Below are positions 51,901 through 64,000 of a stretch of DNA of 64,000 bases, in pieces. A program made the translations under genes and the position numbers. This DNA is from Eledone cirrhosa (taxonomy: Eukaryota). Every line of letters starts with the position of its first letter. Positions within the stretch are counted from its first letter, which is position 1. The stretch lies in assembly GCA_964016885.1 (NCBI GenBank), contig OZ024742.1, positions 363,878,001-363,942,000 on the forward strand. The letters are read 5' to 3'. Under the pieces are notes generated by a model that was given only the letters and a program-made list of their open reading frames with translations, did no database searches and was not told where the DNA came from.

Positions 51901-54900
51901 ACAGCTGTGTTATGTATGTATGATGGTAAGACACACGTGGACAGCAGCATAACAGCTATGTTATGTGTGTAGGAAGGTAAGACACACGTGGACAGCAACA
52001 CAACAGCCGTTTTATGTGTGTAGGATGGTAAGACACACGTGGACAGCAACACACAGCCGTGTTATGTGTGTAGGATGGTAAGACACAGGTGGACAGCAAC
52101 ACAACAGCTGTGTTATGTGTGTAGGAAGGTAAGACACACGTGGACAGCAATACAACAGCCGTGTTATGTGTGTAGGATGGTAAGACACACGTGGACAGCA
52201 ACACAACAGCTGTGTTATGTGTGTAGGAAGGTAAGACACACGTGGACAGCAGCACAACAGCCGTGTTATGTGTGTAGGATGGTAAGAAACACGTGGACAG
52301 CAGCACAACAGCTGTGTTATGTGTGTAGGAAGGTAAGACACACGTGGATAGCAGCACAACAGCTGTGTTATGTGTGTAGGATGGTAAGACACACGTGCAC
52401 AGCAGCACAATAGCTGTATTATGTGTGTAGGAAGGTAAGACACACGTGGATAGCAGCACAACAGCTGTGTTATGTGTGTAGGATGGTAAGACATACGTGG
52501 ACAGCCGCACAACAGCCGTGTTATGTGTGTAGGATGGTAACACACACGTGGACAGCAACACAACAGCTGTGTTATGTGTGTAGGAAGGTAAGATACACGT
52601 GGACAGCAACACAACAGCTGTGTTATGTGTGTAGGAAGGTAAGACACGCGTGGACAGCAGCACAACAGCTGTGTTATGTGTGTAGGAAGGTAAGATACAC
52701 GTGGACAGCAACACAACAGCTGTGTTATATGTGTAGAATGGTAAGACACACGTGGACAGCAGCACAACAGCCGTGGTATGTGTGTAGGATGGTAAGACAC
52801 ACGTGGACAGCAACACAACAGCTGTGTTATGTGTGTAGGATGGTAAGACACACGTAAACAGCTGCACAACAGCTGTGTTATGTGTGTAGGAAGGTAAGAC
52901 ACGCGTGGACAGCAGCACAACAGCTGTGTTGTGTGTGTAGGATGTTAAGACACACGTGGACAGCAACACAACAGCCGTGTTATATGTGTAGGATGGTAAG
53001 ACACACGTGGACAGCAACACAACAGCCGTGTTATGTGTGTAGGAAGGTAAGAAACACGTGGACAGCCGCACAACAGTTGTGTTATGTGTGTAGGATGGTA
53101 AGACACACGTGGACAGCAGCACAACAGCTGTGTTATGTGTGTAGGAAGGTAAGACACGCGTGGACAGCAACACAACAGCTGTGTTATGTGTGTAGTATTC
53201 GTAAGACATACGTGGACAGCAGCACAACAGCCGTGTTATGTGTGTGGATTGGTAAGACACACGTGGACAGTAGCACAACAGCCGTGTTATGTGTGTAGAT
53301 TGGTAAGACACACGTGGACAGCAACACAACAGCTGTGTTATGTGTGTAGGATGGTAAGACACACGTGGACAGCAGCACAACAGCCGTGTTATGTGTGTAG
53401 GATGGTAAGACACACGTGGACAGCAACACAACAGCTGTGTTATGTGTGTATGATGGTAAGACACACGTGGACAGCAACACAACAGCTGTGTTATGTGTGT
53501 AGGATGGTAAGACACACATGGAGAGCAGCACAACAGCTGTGTTATGTGTGTATGATGGAAATACACGTGGATAGCAGCACAACATCTGTGTTATGTGTGT
53601 AGGAAGGTAAGACACACGTGGACAGCAACACAACAGCCGTGTTATGTGTGTAGGATGGTAAGACACAGGTGGAAAGCAACACAACGGCTGTGTTATGTGT
53701 GTATCATGGTAAGACCCACGTGGACTGCAGCACAACAGCTGTGTTATGTGTGTAGGAGGGTAAGACACACGTGGACAGCAGCACAACAGCTGTGTTATGT
53801 GTGTAGGATGGTAAGACACACGTGCACAGCAGCACAATAGCTGTATTATGTGTGTAGGAAGGTAAGACACACGTGGACAGCAGCACAACAGCTGTGTTAT
53901 GTGTGTAGGATGGTAAGACACACGTGGACAGCCGCACAACAGCTGTGTTATGTGTGTAGGATGGTAAGACACACGTGGACAGCAGCACAACAGCTGTGTT
54001 ATGTGTGTAGGAAGGTAAGACACGCGTGGACAGCAGCACAACGGCTGTGTTATGTGTGTAGGAAGGTAAGATACACGTGGACAGCAACACAAAGCTGTGT
54101 TATGTGTGTAGGAAGGTAAGACACAAGTGGACAGCAGCACAACAGCTGTGTTATGTGTGTAGGATGGTAAGACACACGTGGACAGCAGCACAACAGCTGT
54201 GTTATGTGTGTAGGATGGTAAGACACACGTGGACAGCAGCACAACAGCTGTGTTATGTGTGTAGGATGGTAAGACACACGTGGACAGCAGCACAACAGCT
54301 GTGTTATGTGTGTAGGAAGGTAAGACACCCGTAGATAGCAACACAACAGCTGTGTTATGTATGTATGATGGTAAGACACACGTGGACAGCAGCATAACAG
54401 CTATGTTATGTGTGTAGGAAGGTAAGACACACGTGGACAGCAACACAACAGCCGTTTTATGTGTGTAGGATGGTAAGACACACGTGGACAGCAACACACA
54501 GCCGTGTTATGTGTGTAGGATGGTAAGACACAGGTGGACAGCAACACAACAGCTGTGTTATGTGTGTAGGAAGGTAAGACACACGTGGACAGCAATACAA
54601 CAGCCGTGTTATGTGTGTAGGATGGTAAGACACACGTGGACAGCAACACAACAGCTGTGTTATGTGTGTAGGAAGGTAAGACACACGTGGACAGCAGCAC
54701 AACAGCCGTGTTATGTGTGTAGGATGGTAAGACACACGTGGACAGCAGCACAACAGCTGTGTTATGTGTGTAGGAAGGTAAGACACACGTGGATAGCAGC
54801 ACAACAGCTGTGTTATGTGTGTAGGATGGTAAGACACACGTGCACAGCAGCACAATAGCTGTATTATGTGTGTAGGAAGGTAAGACACACGTGGATAGCA

Positions 54901-57900
54901 GCACAACAGCTGTGTTATGTGTGTAGGATGGTAAGACATACGTGGACAGCCGCACAACAGCCGTGTTATGTGTGTAGGATGGTAACACACACGTGGACAG
55001 CAACACAACAGCTGTGTTATGTGTGTAGGAAGGTAAGACATGCGTGGACAGCAGCACAACAGCTGTGTTATGTGTGTAGGAAGGTAAGATACACGTGGAC
55101 AGCAACACAACAGCTGTGTTATGTGTGTAGGAAGGTAAGACACGCGTGGACAGCAGCACAACAGCTGTGTTATGTGTGTAGGAAGGTAAGATACACGTGG
55201 ACAGCAACACAACAGCTGTGTTATATGTGTAGAATGGTAAGACACACGTGGACAGCAGCACAACAGCCGTGGTATGTGTGTAGGATGGTAAGACACACGT
55301 GGACAGCAACACAACAGCTGTGTTATGTGTGTAGGATGGTAAGACACACGTAAACAGCTGCACAACAGCTGTGTTATGTGTGTAGGAAGGTAAGACACGC
55401 GTGGACAGCAGCACAACAGCTGTGTTGTGTGTGTAGGATGTTAAGACACACGTGGACAGCAACACAACAGCCGTGTTATATGTGTAGGATGGTAAGACAC
55501 ACGTGGACAGCAACACAACAGCCGTGTTATGTGTGTAGGAAGGTAAGAAACACGTGGACAGCCGCACAACAGTTGTGTTATGTGTGTAGGATGGTAAGAC
55601 ACACGTGGACAGCAGCACAACAGCTGTGTTATGTGTGTAGGATGGTAAGACACACGTGGACAGCAGCACAACAGCTGTGTTATGTGTGTAGGAAGGTAAG
55701 ACACGCGTGGACAGCAACACAACAGCTGTGTTATGTGTGTAGTATTCGTAAGACATACGTGGACAGCAGCACAACAGCCGTGTTATGTGTGTGGATTGGT
55801 AAGACACACGTGGACAGTAGCACAACAGCCGTGTTATGTGTGTAGATTGGTAAGACACACGTGGACAGCAACACAACAGCTGTGTTATGTGTGTAGGATG
55901 GTAAGACACACGTGGACAGCAGCACAACAGCCGTGTTATGTGTGTAGGATGGTAAGACACACGTGGACAGCAACACAACAGCTGTGTTATGTGTGTATGA
56001 TGGTAAGACACACGTGGACAGCAACACAACAGCTGTGTTATGTGTGTAGGATGGTAAGACACACATGGAGAGCAGCACAACAGCTGTGTTATGTGTGTAT
56101 GATGGAAATACACGTGGATAGCAGCACAACATCTGTGTTATGTGTGTAGGAAGGTAAGACACACGTGGATAGCAACACAACAGCCGTGTTATGTGTGTAG
56201 GAAGGTAAGACACACGTGGATAGCAACACAACAGCCGTGTTATGTGTGTAGGATGGTAAGACACACGTGGATAGCAACACAACAGCCGTGTTATGTGTGT
56301 AGGATGGTAAGACACACGTGGACAGCAGCAGAACAGCTGTGTTATGTGTGTAGGATGGTAAGACACACGTGGACAGCAGCATAACAGCTGTGTTATGTGT
56401 GTATGATGGTAAGACACACGTGGACAGCAACACAACAGCCGTGTTATGTGTGTAAGATGGTAAGACATACGTGGACAGCAGCGCAACAGCTGTGTTATGT
56501 GTGTAGGAAGTTAAGACACACGTGGACAGCAGCACAACAGCTGTGTTATGTGTGTAAGATGGTAAGACACTTGGACAGCAGCACAACAGCTGTGTTATGT
56601 GTGTAGAAAGGTAAGACACACGTGGACAGCAGCACAACTGCTCTGTTATGTGTGTAGGATGGTAAGACACACGTGGACAGTAGCACAACAGCTGTGTTAT
56701 GTGTGTAGGATGGTAAGACACACGTTCACAGCAGCACAAGAGCTGTGTTATGTGTGTAGGAAGGTAAGACACCCGTGGATAGCAACACAACAGCTGTGTT
56801 ATGTGTGCATGATGGTAAGACACACGTGGACAGCAACACAACAGCTGTGTTATGTGTGTAGGAAGGTAAGACACACGTGGACAGCAGCACAGCAGCTGTG
56901 TTATGTGTGTAGGTAGGTAAGACACACGTGGACAGCTGCACAACAGCTGTGTTATGTGTGTAGGAAGGTAAGACACGCGTGGACAGCAGCACAACAGCTG
57001 TGTTGTGTGTGTAGGATGTTAAGACACACGTGGACAGCAACACAACAGCCGTGTTATGTGTGTAGGAAGGTAAGACACACGTGGACAGCCGCACAACAGC
57101 TGTGTTATGTGTGTAGGATGGTAAGACACACGTGGACAGCAGCATAACAGCTGTGTTATGTGTGTAGGATGGTAAGACACACGTGGACAGCAGCACAACA
57201 GCTGTGTTATGTGTGTAGGAAGGTAAGACACGCGTGGACAGCAAAACAACAGCTGTGTTATGTGTGTAGGAAGGTAAGACACACGTGGACAGCAGCACAA
57301 CAGCCGTGTTATGTGTGTGGATTGGTAAGACACACGTGGACAGTAGCACAACAGCCGTGTTATGTGTGTAGATTGGTAAGACACACGTGGACAGCAGCAC
57401 AACAGCTGTGTTATGTGTGTAGGATGGTAAGACACACGTGGACAGCAGCACAACAGCCGTGTTATGTGTGTAGGATGGTAAGACACACGTGGATAGCAAC
57501 ACAACAGCCGTGTTATGTGTGTAGGATGGTAAGACACACGTGGACAGCAGCACAACAGCCGTGTTATGTGTGTAGGATGGTAAGACACACGTGGACAGCA
57601 GCACAACAGCTGTGTTATGTGTGTAGGATGGTAAGACACACGTGGACAGCAGCATAACAGCTGTGTTATGTGTGTAGGAAGGTAAGACTCCCGTGGATAG
57701 CAACACAACAGCTGTGTTATGTGTGTATGATGGTAAGACACACGTGGACAGCAGCACAACAGCCGTGTTATGTGTGTAGGATGGTAAGACACACGTGGAC
57801 AGCAGCACAACAGCTGTGTTATGTGTGTAGGAAGGTAAGACACACGTGGACAGCAGCACAACAGCTGTGTTATGTGTGTAGGAAGGTAAGACACACGTAG

Positions 57901-60900
57901 ACAGCAGCACAACAGCCGTGTTATGTGTGTAGGATGGTAAGACACACGTGGACAGCAGCACAACAGCTGTGTTATGTGTGTAGGAAGGTAAGACACACGT
58001 GGACAGCAGCACAACAGCTGTGTTATGTGTGTAGGATGGTAAGACACACGTGCACAGCAGCACAATAGCTGTATTATGTGTGTAGGAAGGTAAGACACAC
58101 GTGGACAGCAGCACAACAGCTGTGTTATGTGTGTAGGAAGGTAAGACACGCGTGGACAGCAGCACAACGGCTGTGTTATGTGTGTAGGAAGGTAAGATAC
58201 ACGTGGACAGCAACACAAAGCTGTGTTATGTGTGTAGGAAGGTAAGACACAAGTGGACAGCAGCACAACAGTTGTGTTGTGTGTGTAAGATGGTAAGACA
58301 CTTGGACAGCAGCACAACAGCTGTGTTATGTGTGTAGGATGGTAAGACACACGTGGACAGCAGCACAACAGCTGTGTTATGTGTGTAGGATGGTAAGACA
58401 CACGTGGACAGCAGCACAACAGCTGTGTTATGTGTGTAGGATGGTAAGACACACGTGGACAGCAGCACAACAGCTGTGTTATGTGTGTAGGAAGGTAAGA
58501 CACCCGTAGATAGCCACACAACAGCTGTGTTATGTATGTATGATGGTAAGACACACGTGGACAGCAGCACAACAGCTATGTTATGTGTGTAGGAAGGTAA
58601 GACACACGTGGACAGCAACACAACAGCTGTGTTATGTGTGTAGGAAGGTAAGACACACGTGGACAGCAATACAACAGCCGTGTTATGTGTGTAGGATGGT
58701 AAGACACACGTGGACAGCAACACAACAGCTGTGTTATGTGTGTAGGAAGGTAAGACACACGTGGACAGCAGCACAACAGCCGTGTTATGTGTGTAGGATG
58801 GTAAGACACAGGTGGACAGCAACACAACAGCTGTGTTAAGTGTGTATCATGGTAAGACACACGTGGACTGCAACACAATAGCTGTGTTATGTGTGTAGGA
58901 TGGTAATACAAACATGGAGAGTAGCATAACAGCTGTGTTATGTGTGTTTGATGGAAAGACGCGTGGATAGCAGCACAACTTCTGTGTTATGTGTGTAGGA
59001 AGGTAAGACACACGTGGACAGCAACACAACAGCCGTGTTATGTGTGTAGGATGGTAAGACACAGGTGGACAGCAACACAACAGCTGTGTTAAGTGTGTAT
59101 CATGGTAAGACACACGTGGACTGCAACACAACAGCTGTGTTATGTGTGTAGGAAGGTAAGACACACGTGGACAGCAATACAACAGCCGTGTTATGTGTGT
59201 AGGATGGTAAGACACACGTGGACAGCAACACAACAGCTGTGTTATGTGTGTAGTAAGGTAAGACACACGTGGACAGCAGCACAACAGCCGTGTTATGTGT
59301 GTAGGATGGTAAGACACACGTGGACAGCAGCACAACAGCTGTGTTATGTGTGTAGGAAGGTAAGACACACGTGGATAGCAGCACAACAGCTGTGTTATGT
59401 GTGTAGGATGGTAAGACACACGTGCACAGCAGCACAACAGCTGTGTTATGTGTGTAGGAAGGTAAGATACACGTGGACAGCAACACAACAGCTGTGTTAT
59501 GTGTGTAGGAAGGTAAGACACGCGTGGACAGCAGCACAACAGCTGTGTTATGTGTGTAGGAAGGTAAGACACGCGTGGACAGCAGCACAACAGCTGTGTT
59601 ATGTGTGTAGGAAGGTAAGACACGCGTGGACAGCAGCACAATAGCTGTGTTATATGTGTAGGATGGTAAGACACACGTGGACAGCAGCACAACAGCCGTG
59701 GTATGTGTGTAGGATGGTAAGACACACGTGGACAGCAACACAACAGCTGTGTTATGTGTGTAGGATGGTAAGACACACGTGGACAGCTGCACAACAGCTG
59801 TGTTGTGTGTGTAGGATGTTAAGACACACGTGGACAGCAACACAACAGCTGTGTTATGTGTGTAGTAAGGTAAGACACACGTGGACAGCAACACAACAGC
59901 CGTGTTATGTGTGTAGGAAGGTAAGACACACGTGGACAGCCGCACAACAGTTGTGTTATGTGTGTAGGATGGTAAGACACACGTGGACAGCAGCACAACA
60001 GCTGTGTTATGTGTGTAGGATGGTAAGACACACGTGGACAGCAGCACAACAGCTGTGTTATGTGTGTAGGAAGGTAAGACACACATGGAGAGCAGCACAA
60101 CAGCTGTGTTATGTGTGTATGATTGTAAGACACACGTGGACAGCAGCACAACAGCCGTGTTATGTGTGTGGATTGGTAAGACACACGTGGACATTAGCAC
60201 AACAGCCGTGTTATGTGTGTAGATTGGTAAGACACACGTGGACAGCAGCACAACAGCTGTGTTATGTGTGTAGGATGGTAAGACACACGTGGACAGCAAC
60301 ACAACAGCTGTGTTATGTGTGTATGATGGTAAGACACACGTGGACAGCAGCATAACAGCTGTGTTATGTGTGTAGGATGGTAAGACACACATGGAGAGCA
60401 GCACAACAGCTGTGTTATGTGTGTATGATGGAAATACACGTGGATAGCAGCACAACATCTGTGTTATGTGTGTAGGAAGGTAAGACACACGTGGATAGCA
60501 ACACAACAGCCGTGTTATGTGTGTAGGATGGTAAGACACACGTGGACAGCAGCACAACAGCTGTGTTATGTGTGTAGGATGGTAAAACACACGTGGACAG
60601 CAGCATAACAGCTGTGTTATGTGTGTATGATGGTAAGACACACGTGGACAGCAACACAACAGCCGTGTTATGTGTGTAGGATGGTAAGACATACGTGGAC
60701 AGCAGCGCAACAGCTGTGTTATGTGTGTAGGAAGTTAAGACACACGTGGACAGCAGCACAACAGCTGTGTTGTGTGTGTAGGATGTTAAGACACACGGGG
60801 ACAGCAACACAAAAGCCGTGTTATGTGTGTAGGAAGGTAAGACACACGTGGACAGCCGCACAACAGCTGTGTTATGTGTGTAGGATGGTAAGACACACGT

Positions 60901-63900
60901 GGACAGCAGCACAACAGCTGTGTTATGTGTGTAGGATGGTAAGACACACGTGGACAGCAGCACAACAGCTGTGTTATGTGTGTAGGAAGGTAAGACACGC
61001 GTGGACAGCAACACAACAGCTGTGTTATGTGTGTAGGATGGTAAGACACACGTGGACAGCAGCACAACAGCCGTGTTATATGTGTGGATTGGTAAGACAC
61101 ACGTGGACAGTAGCACAACAGCCGTGTTATGTGTGTAGATTGGTAAGACACACGTGGACAGCAGCACAACAGCTGTGTTATGTGTGTAGGATGGTAAGAC
61201 ACACGTGGACAGCAGCACAACAGCCGTGTTATGTGTGTAGGATGGTAAGACACACGTGGACAGCAACACAACAGCCGTGTTATGTGTGTAGGATGGTAAG
61301 ACACACGTGGACAGCAGCACAACAGCCGTGTTATGTGTGTAGGATGGTAAGACACACGTGGATAGCAACACAACAGCCGTGTTATGTGTGTAGGATGGTA
61401 AGACACACGTGGACAGCAACACAACAGCCGTGTTATGTGAGTAGGAAGGTAAGACACACGTGGACAGCCGCACAACAGCTGTGTTATGTGTGTAGGATGG
61501 TAAGACACACGTGGACAGCAACACAACAGCTGTGTTATGTGTGTATGATGGTAACACACACGTGGACAGCAGCACAACAGCTGTGTTATGTGTGTAGGAA
61601 GGTAAGACACACGTGGACAGCAACACAACAGCTGTGTTATGTGTGTAGGAAGGTAAGACACACGTGGACACCAGCACAACAGCTATGTTATGTGTGTAGG
61701 AAGGTAAGACACACGTGGACAGCAACGCAACAGCTGTGTTATGTGTGTAGGAAGGTAAGACACACGTGGACAGCAACACAACAGCTGTGTTATGTGTGTA
61801 TGATGGTAAGACACACGTGGACAGCAGCACAACAGCTGTGTTATGTGTGTAGGAAGGTAAGACACACGTGGACAGCAACACAACAGCTGTGTTATGTGTG
61901 TAGGAAGGTAAGACACACGTGGACACCAGCACAACAGCTATGTTATGTGTGTAGGAAGGTAAGACACACGTGGACAGCAACGCAACAGCTGTGTTATGTG
62001 TGTAGGAAGGTAAGACACACGTGGACAGCAACACAACAGCTGTGTTATGTGTGTAGGAAGGTAAGACACACGTGGACACCAGCACAACAGCTATGTTATG
62101 TGTGTAGGAAGGTAAGACACACGTGGACAGCAACACAACAGCTGTGTTATGTGTGTAGGAAGGTAAGACACACGTGGACAGCAACACAACAGCTGTGTTA
62201 TGTGTGTATGATGGTAAGACACACGTGGACAGCAGCACAACAGCTGTGTTATGTGTGTATGATGGTAAGACACACGTGGACAGCAACACAACAGCTGTGT
62301 TATGTGTGTAGGATGGTAATACAAACATGGAGAGCAGCACAACAGCTGTGTTATGTGTGTTTGATGGAAAGACACGGGGATAGCAGCACAACTTCTGTGT
62401 TATGTGTGTAGGAAGGTAAGACACACGTGGACAGCAACACAACAGCCGTGTTATGTGTGTAGGATGGTAAGACACAGGTGGAAAGCAACACAACAGCTGT
62501 GTTATGTGTGTATCATGGTAAGACACACGTGGACTGCAGCACAACAGCTGTGTTATGTGTGTAGGAGGGTAAGACACACGTGGACAGCAGCACAACAGCT
62601 GTGTTATGTATGTAGGATGGTAAGACACACGTGCACAGCAGCACAATAGCTGTATTATGTGTGTAGGAAGGTAAGACACACGTGGACAGCAGCACAACAG
62701 CTGTGTTATGTGTGTAGGATGGTAAGACACACGTGGACAGCCGCACAACAGCTGTGTTATGTGTGTAGGATGGTAAGACACACGTGGACAGCAGCACAAC
62801 AGCTGTGTTATGTGTGTAGGAAGGTAAGACACGCGTGGACAGCAGCACAACGGCTGTGTTATGTGTGTAGGAAGGTAAGATACACGTGGACAGCAACACA
62901 AAGCTGTGTTATGTGTGTAGGAAGGTAAGACACAAGTGGACAGCAGCACAACAGCTGTGTTATGTGTGTAGGATGGTAAGACACACGTGGACAGCAGCAC
63001 AACAGCTGTGTTATGTGTGTAGGATGGTAAGACACACGTGGACAGCAGCACAACAGCTGTGTTATGTGTGTAGGATGGTAAGACACACGTGGACAGCAGC
63101 ACAACAGCTGTGTTATGTGTGTAGGAAGGTAAGACACCCGTAGATAGCAACACAACAGCTGTGTTATGTATGTATGATGGTAAGACACACGTGGACAGCA
63201 GCACAACAGCTATGTTATGTGTGTAGGAAGGTAAGACACACGTGGACAGCAACACAACAGCCGTGTTATGTGTGTAGGATGGTAAGACACACGTGGACAG
63301 CAACACAACAGCCGTGTTATGTGTGTAGGATGGTAAGACACAGGTGGACAGCAACACAACAGCTGTGTTAAGTGTGTATCATGGTAAGACACACGTGGAC
63401 TGCAACACAACAGCTGTGTTATGTGTGTAGGAAGGTAAGACACACGTGGACAGCAATACAACAGCCGTGTTATGTGTGTAGGATGGTAAGACACACGTGG
63501 ACAGCAACACAACAGCTGTGTTATGTGTGTAGGAAGGTAAGACACACGTGGACAGCAGCACAACAGCCGTGTTATGTGTGTAGGATGGTAAGACACACGT
63601 GGACAGCAGCACAACAGCTGTGTTATGTGTGTAGGAAGGTAAGACACACGTGGATAGCAGCACAACAGCTGTGTTATGTGTGTAGGATGGTAAGACACAC
63701 GTGCACAGCAGCACAATAGCTGTATTATGTGTGTAGGAAGGTAAGACACACGTGGATAGCAGCACAACAGCTGTGTTATGTGTGTAGGATGGTAAGACAC
63801 ACGTGGACAGCAACACAACAGCTGTGTTATGTGTGTAGGATGGTAACACACACGTGGACAGCAACACAACAGCTGTGTTATGTGTGTAGGAAGGTAAGAC

Positions 63901-64000
63901 ACGCGTGGACAGCAGCACAACAGCTGTGTTATGTGTGTAGGATGGTAAGACACACGTGGACAGCAACACAACAGCTGTGTTATGTGTGTAGGAAGGTAAG
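36944..64000. repeat. 51-bp tandem repeat array, ~530 units, consensus GTGTTATGTGTGTAGGA(T/A)GGTAAGACACACGTGGACAGCA(G/A)CACAACAGC(T/C); continues beyond right edge
   Basis: Periodicity is directly visible. The first unit is degenerate (ggattggcaacaaatacgtcgacagcagcagacag). Occasional 1-2 nt indels occur. Confidence 0.99.
40700..56150. repeat. Higher-order (2-3 kb) duplications within the 51-mer array; outer bounds approximate
   Basis: Identical or near-identical ORF-track blocks recur at offsets 3210 (41880/45090), 2394 (45651/48045), 2087 (49063/51150), 2445 (51150/53595) and 2547 (53186/55733). A further copy lies at ~62400. Confidence 0.9.

Noticed and set aside
36990-63719. CYVCRxVRH resembling a CCHC zinc knuckle
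   Set aside because: It has Cx2Cx4H but the last Cys is at x8 rather than x4, the conserved glycines are mostly absent, and the frame is repeatedly broken.
36918-63971. Numerous Cys-rich and hydrophobic repeat ORFs on both strands of the 51-mer array
   Set aside because: Three frames are open at once, with frequent stops and frameshifts. This is the typical satellite translation artefact.

Overview
Eukaryotic, repeat-dominated window with no recognisable intact host gene. The SINE sequences resemble octopod tRNA-derived Nin/Deu-domain SINEs, so an Octopus-like cephalopod is my inference. There are three parts. (1) 1-~29138: a 39-bp tandem array (~747 units) running off the left edge, with no net indel until its last unit. 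(2) ~29139-36943: a 7.8-kb spacer holding a dead, rearranged L1/Tx1-clade LINE on the minus strand, three SINE copies (one with a TSD), three copies of a (TA)n-associated element of which two end in a ~55-60-bp-stem hairpin, a ~250-bp foldback element and many microsatellites. (3) ~36944-64000: a 51-bp tandem array (~530 units) running off the right edge, with kb-scale higher-order duplications. Most ORF-track entries are by-products of repeat periods divisible by three. The strongest leads are a stop-free ~9,700-codon minus-strand frame through the 39-mer array that the ORF track omits, a TAG|GAWG|GTAAG splice-signal cassette plus two E-boxes in the 51-mer consensus, and the hairpin element family with co-varying arms. 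All functional interpretations are hypotheses.
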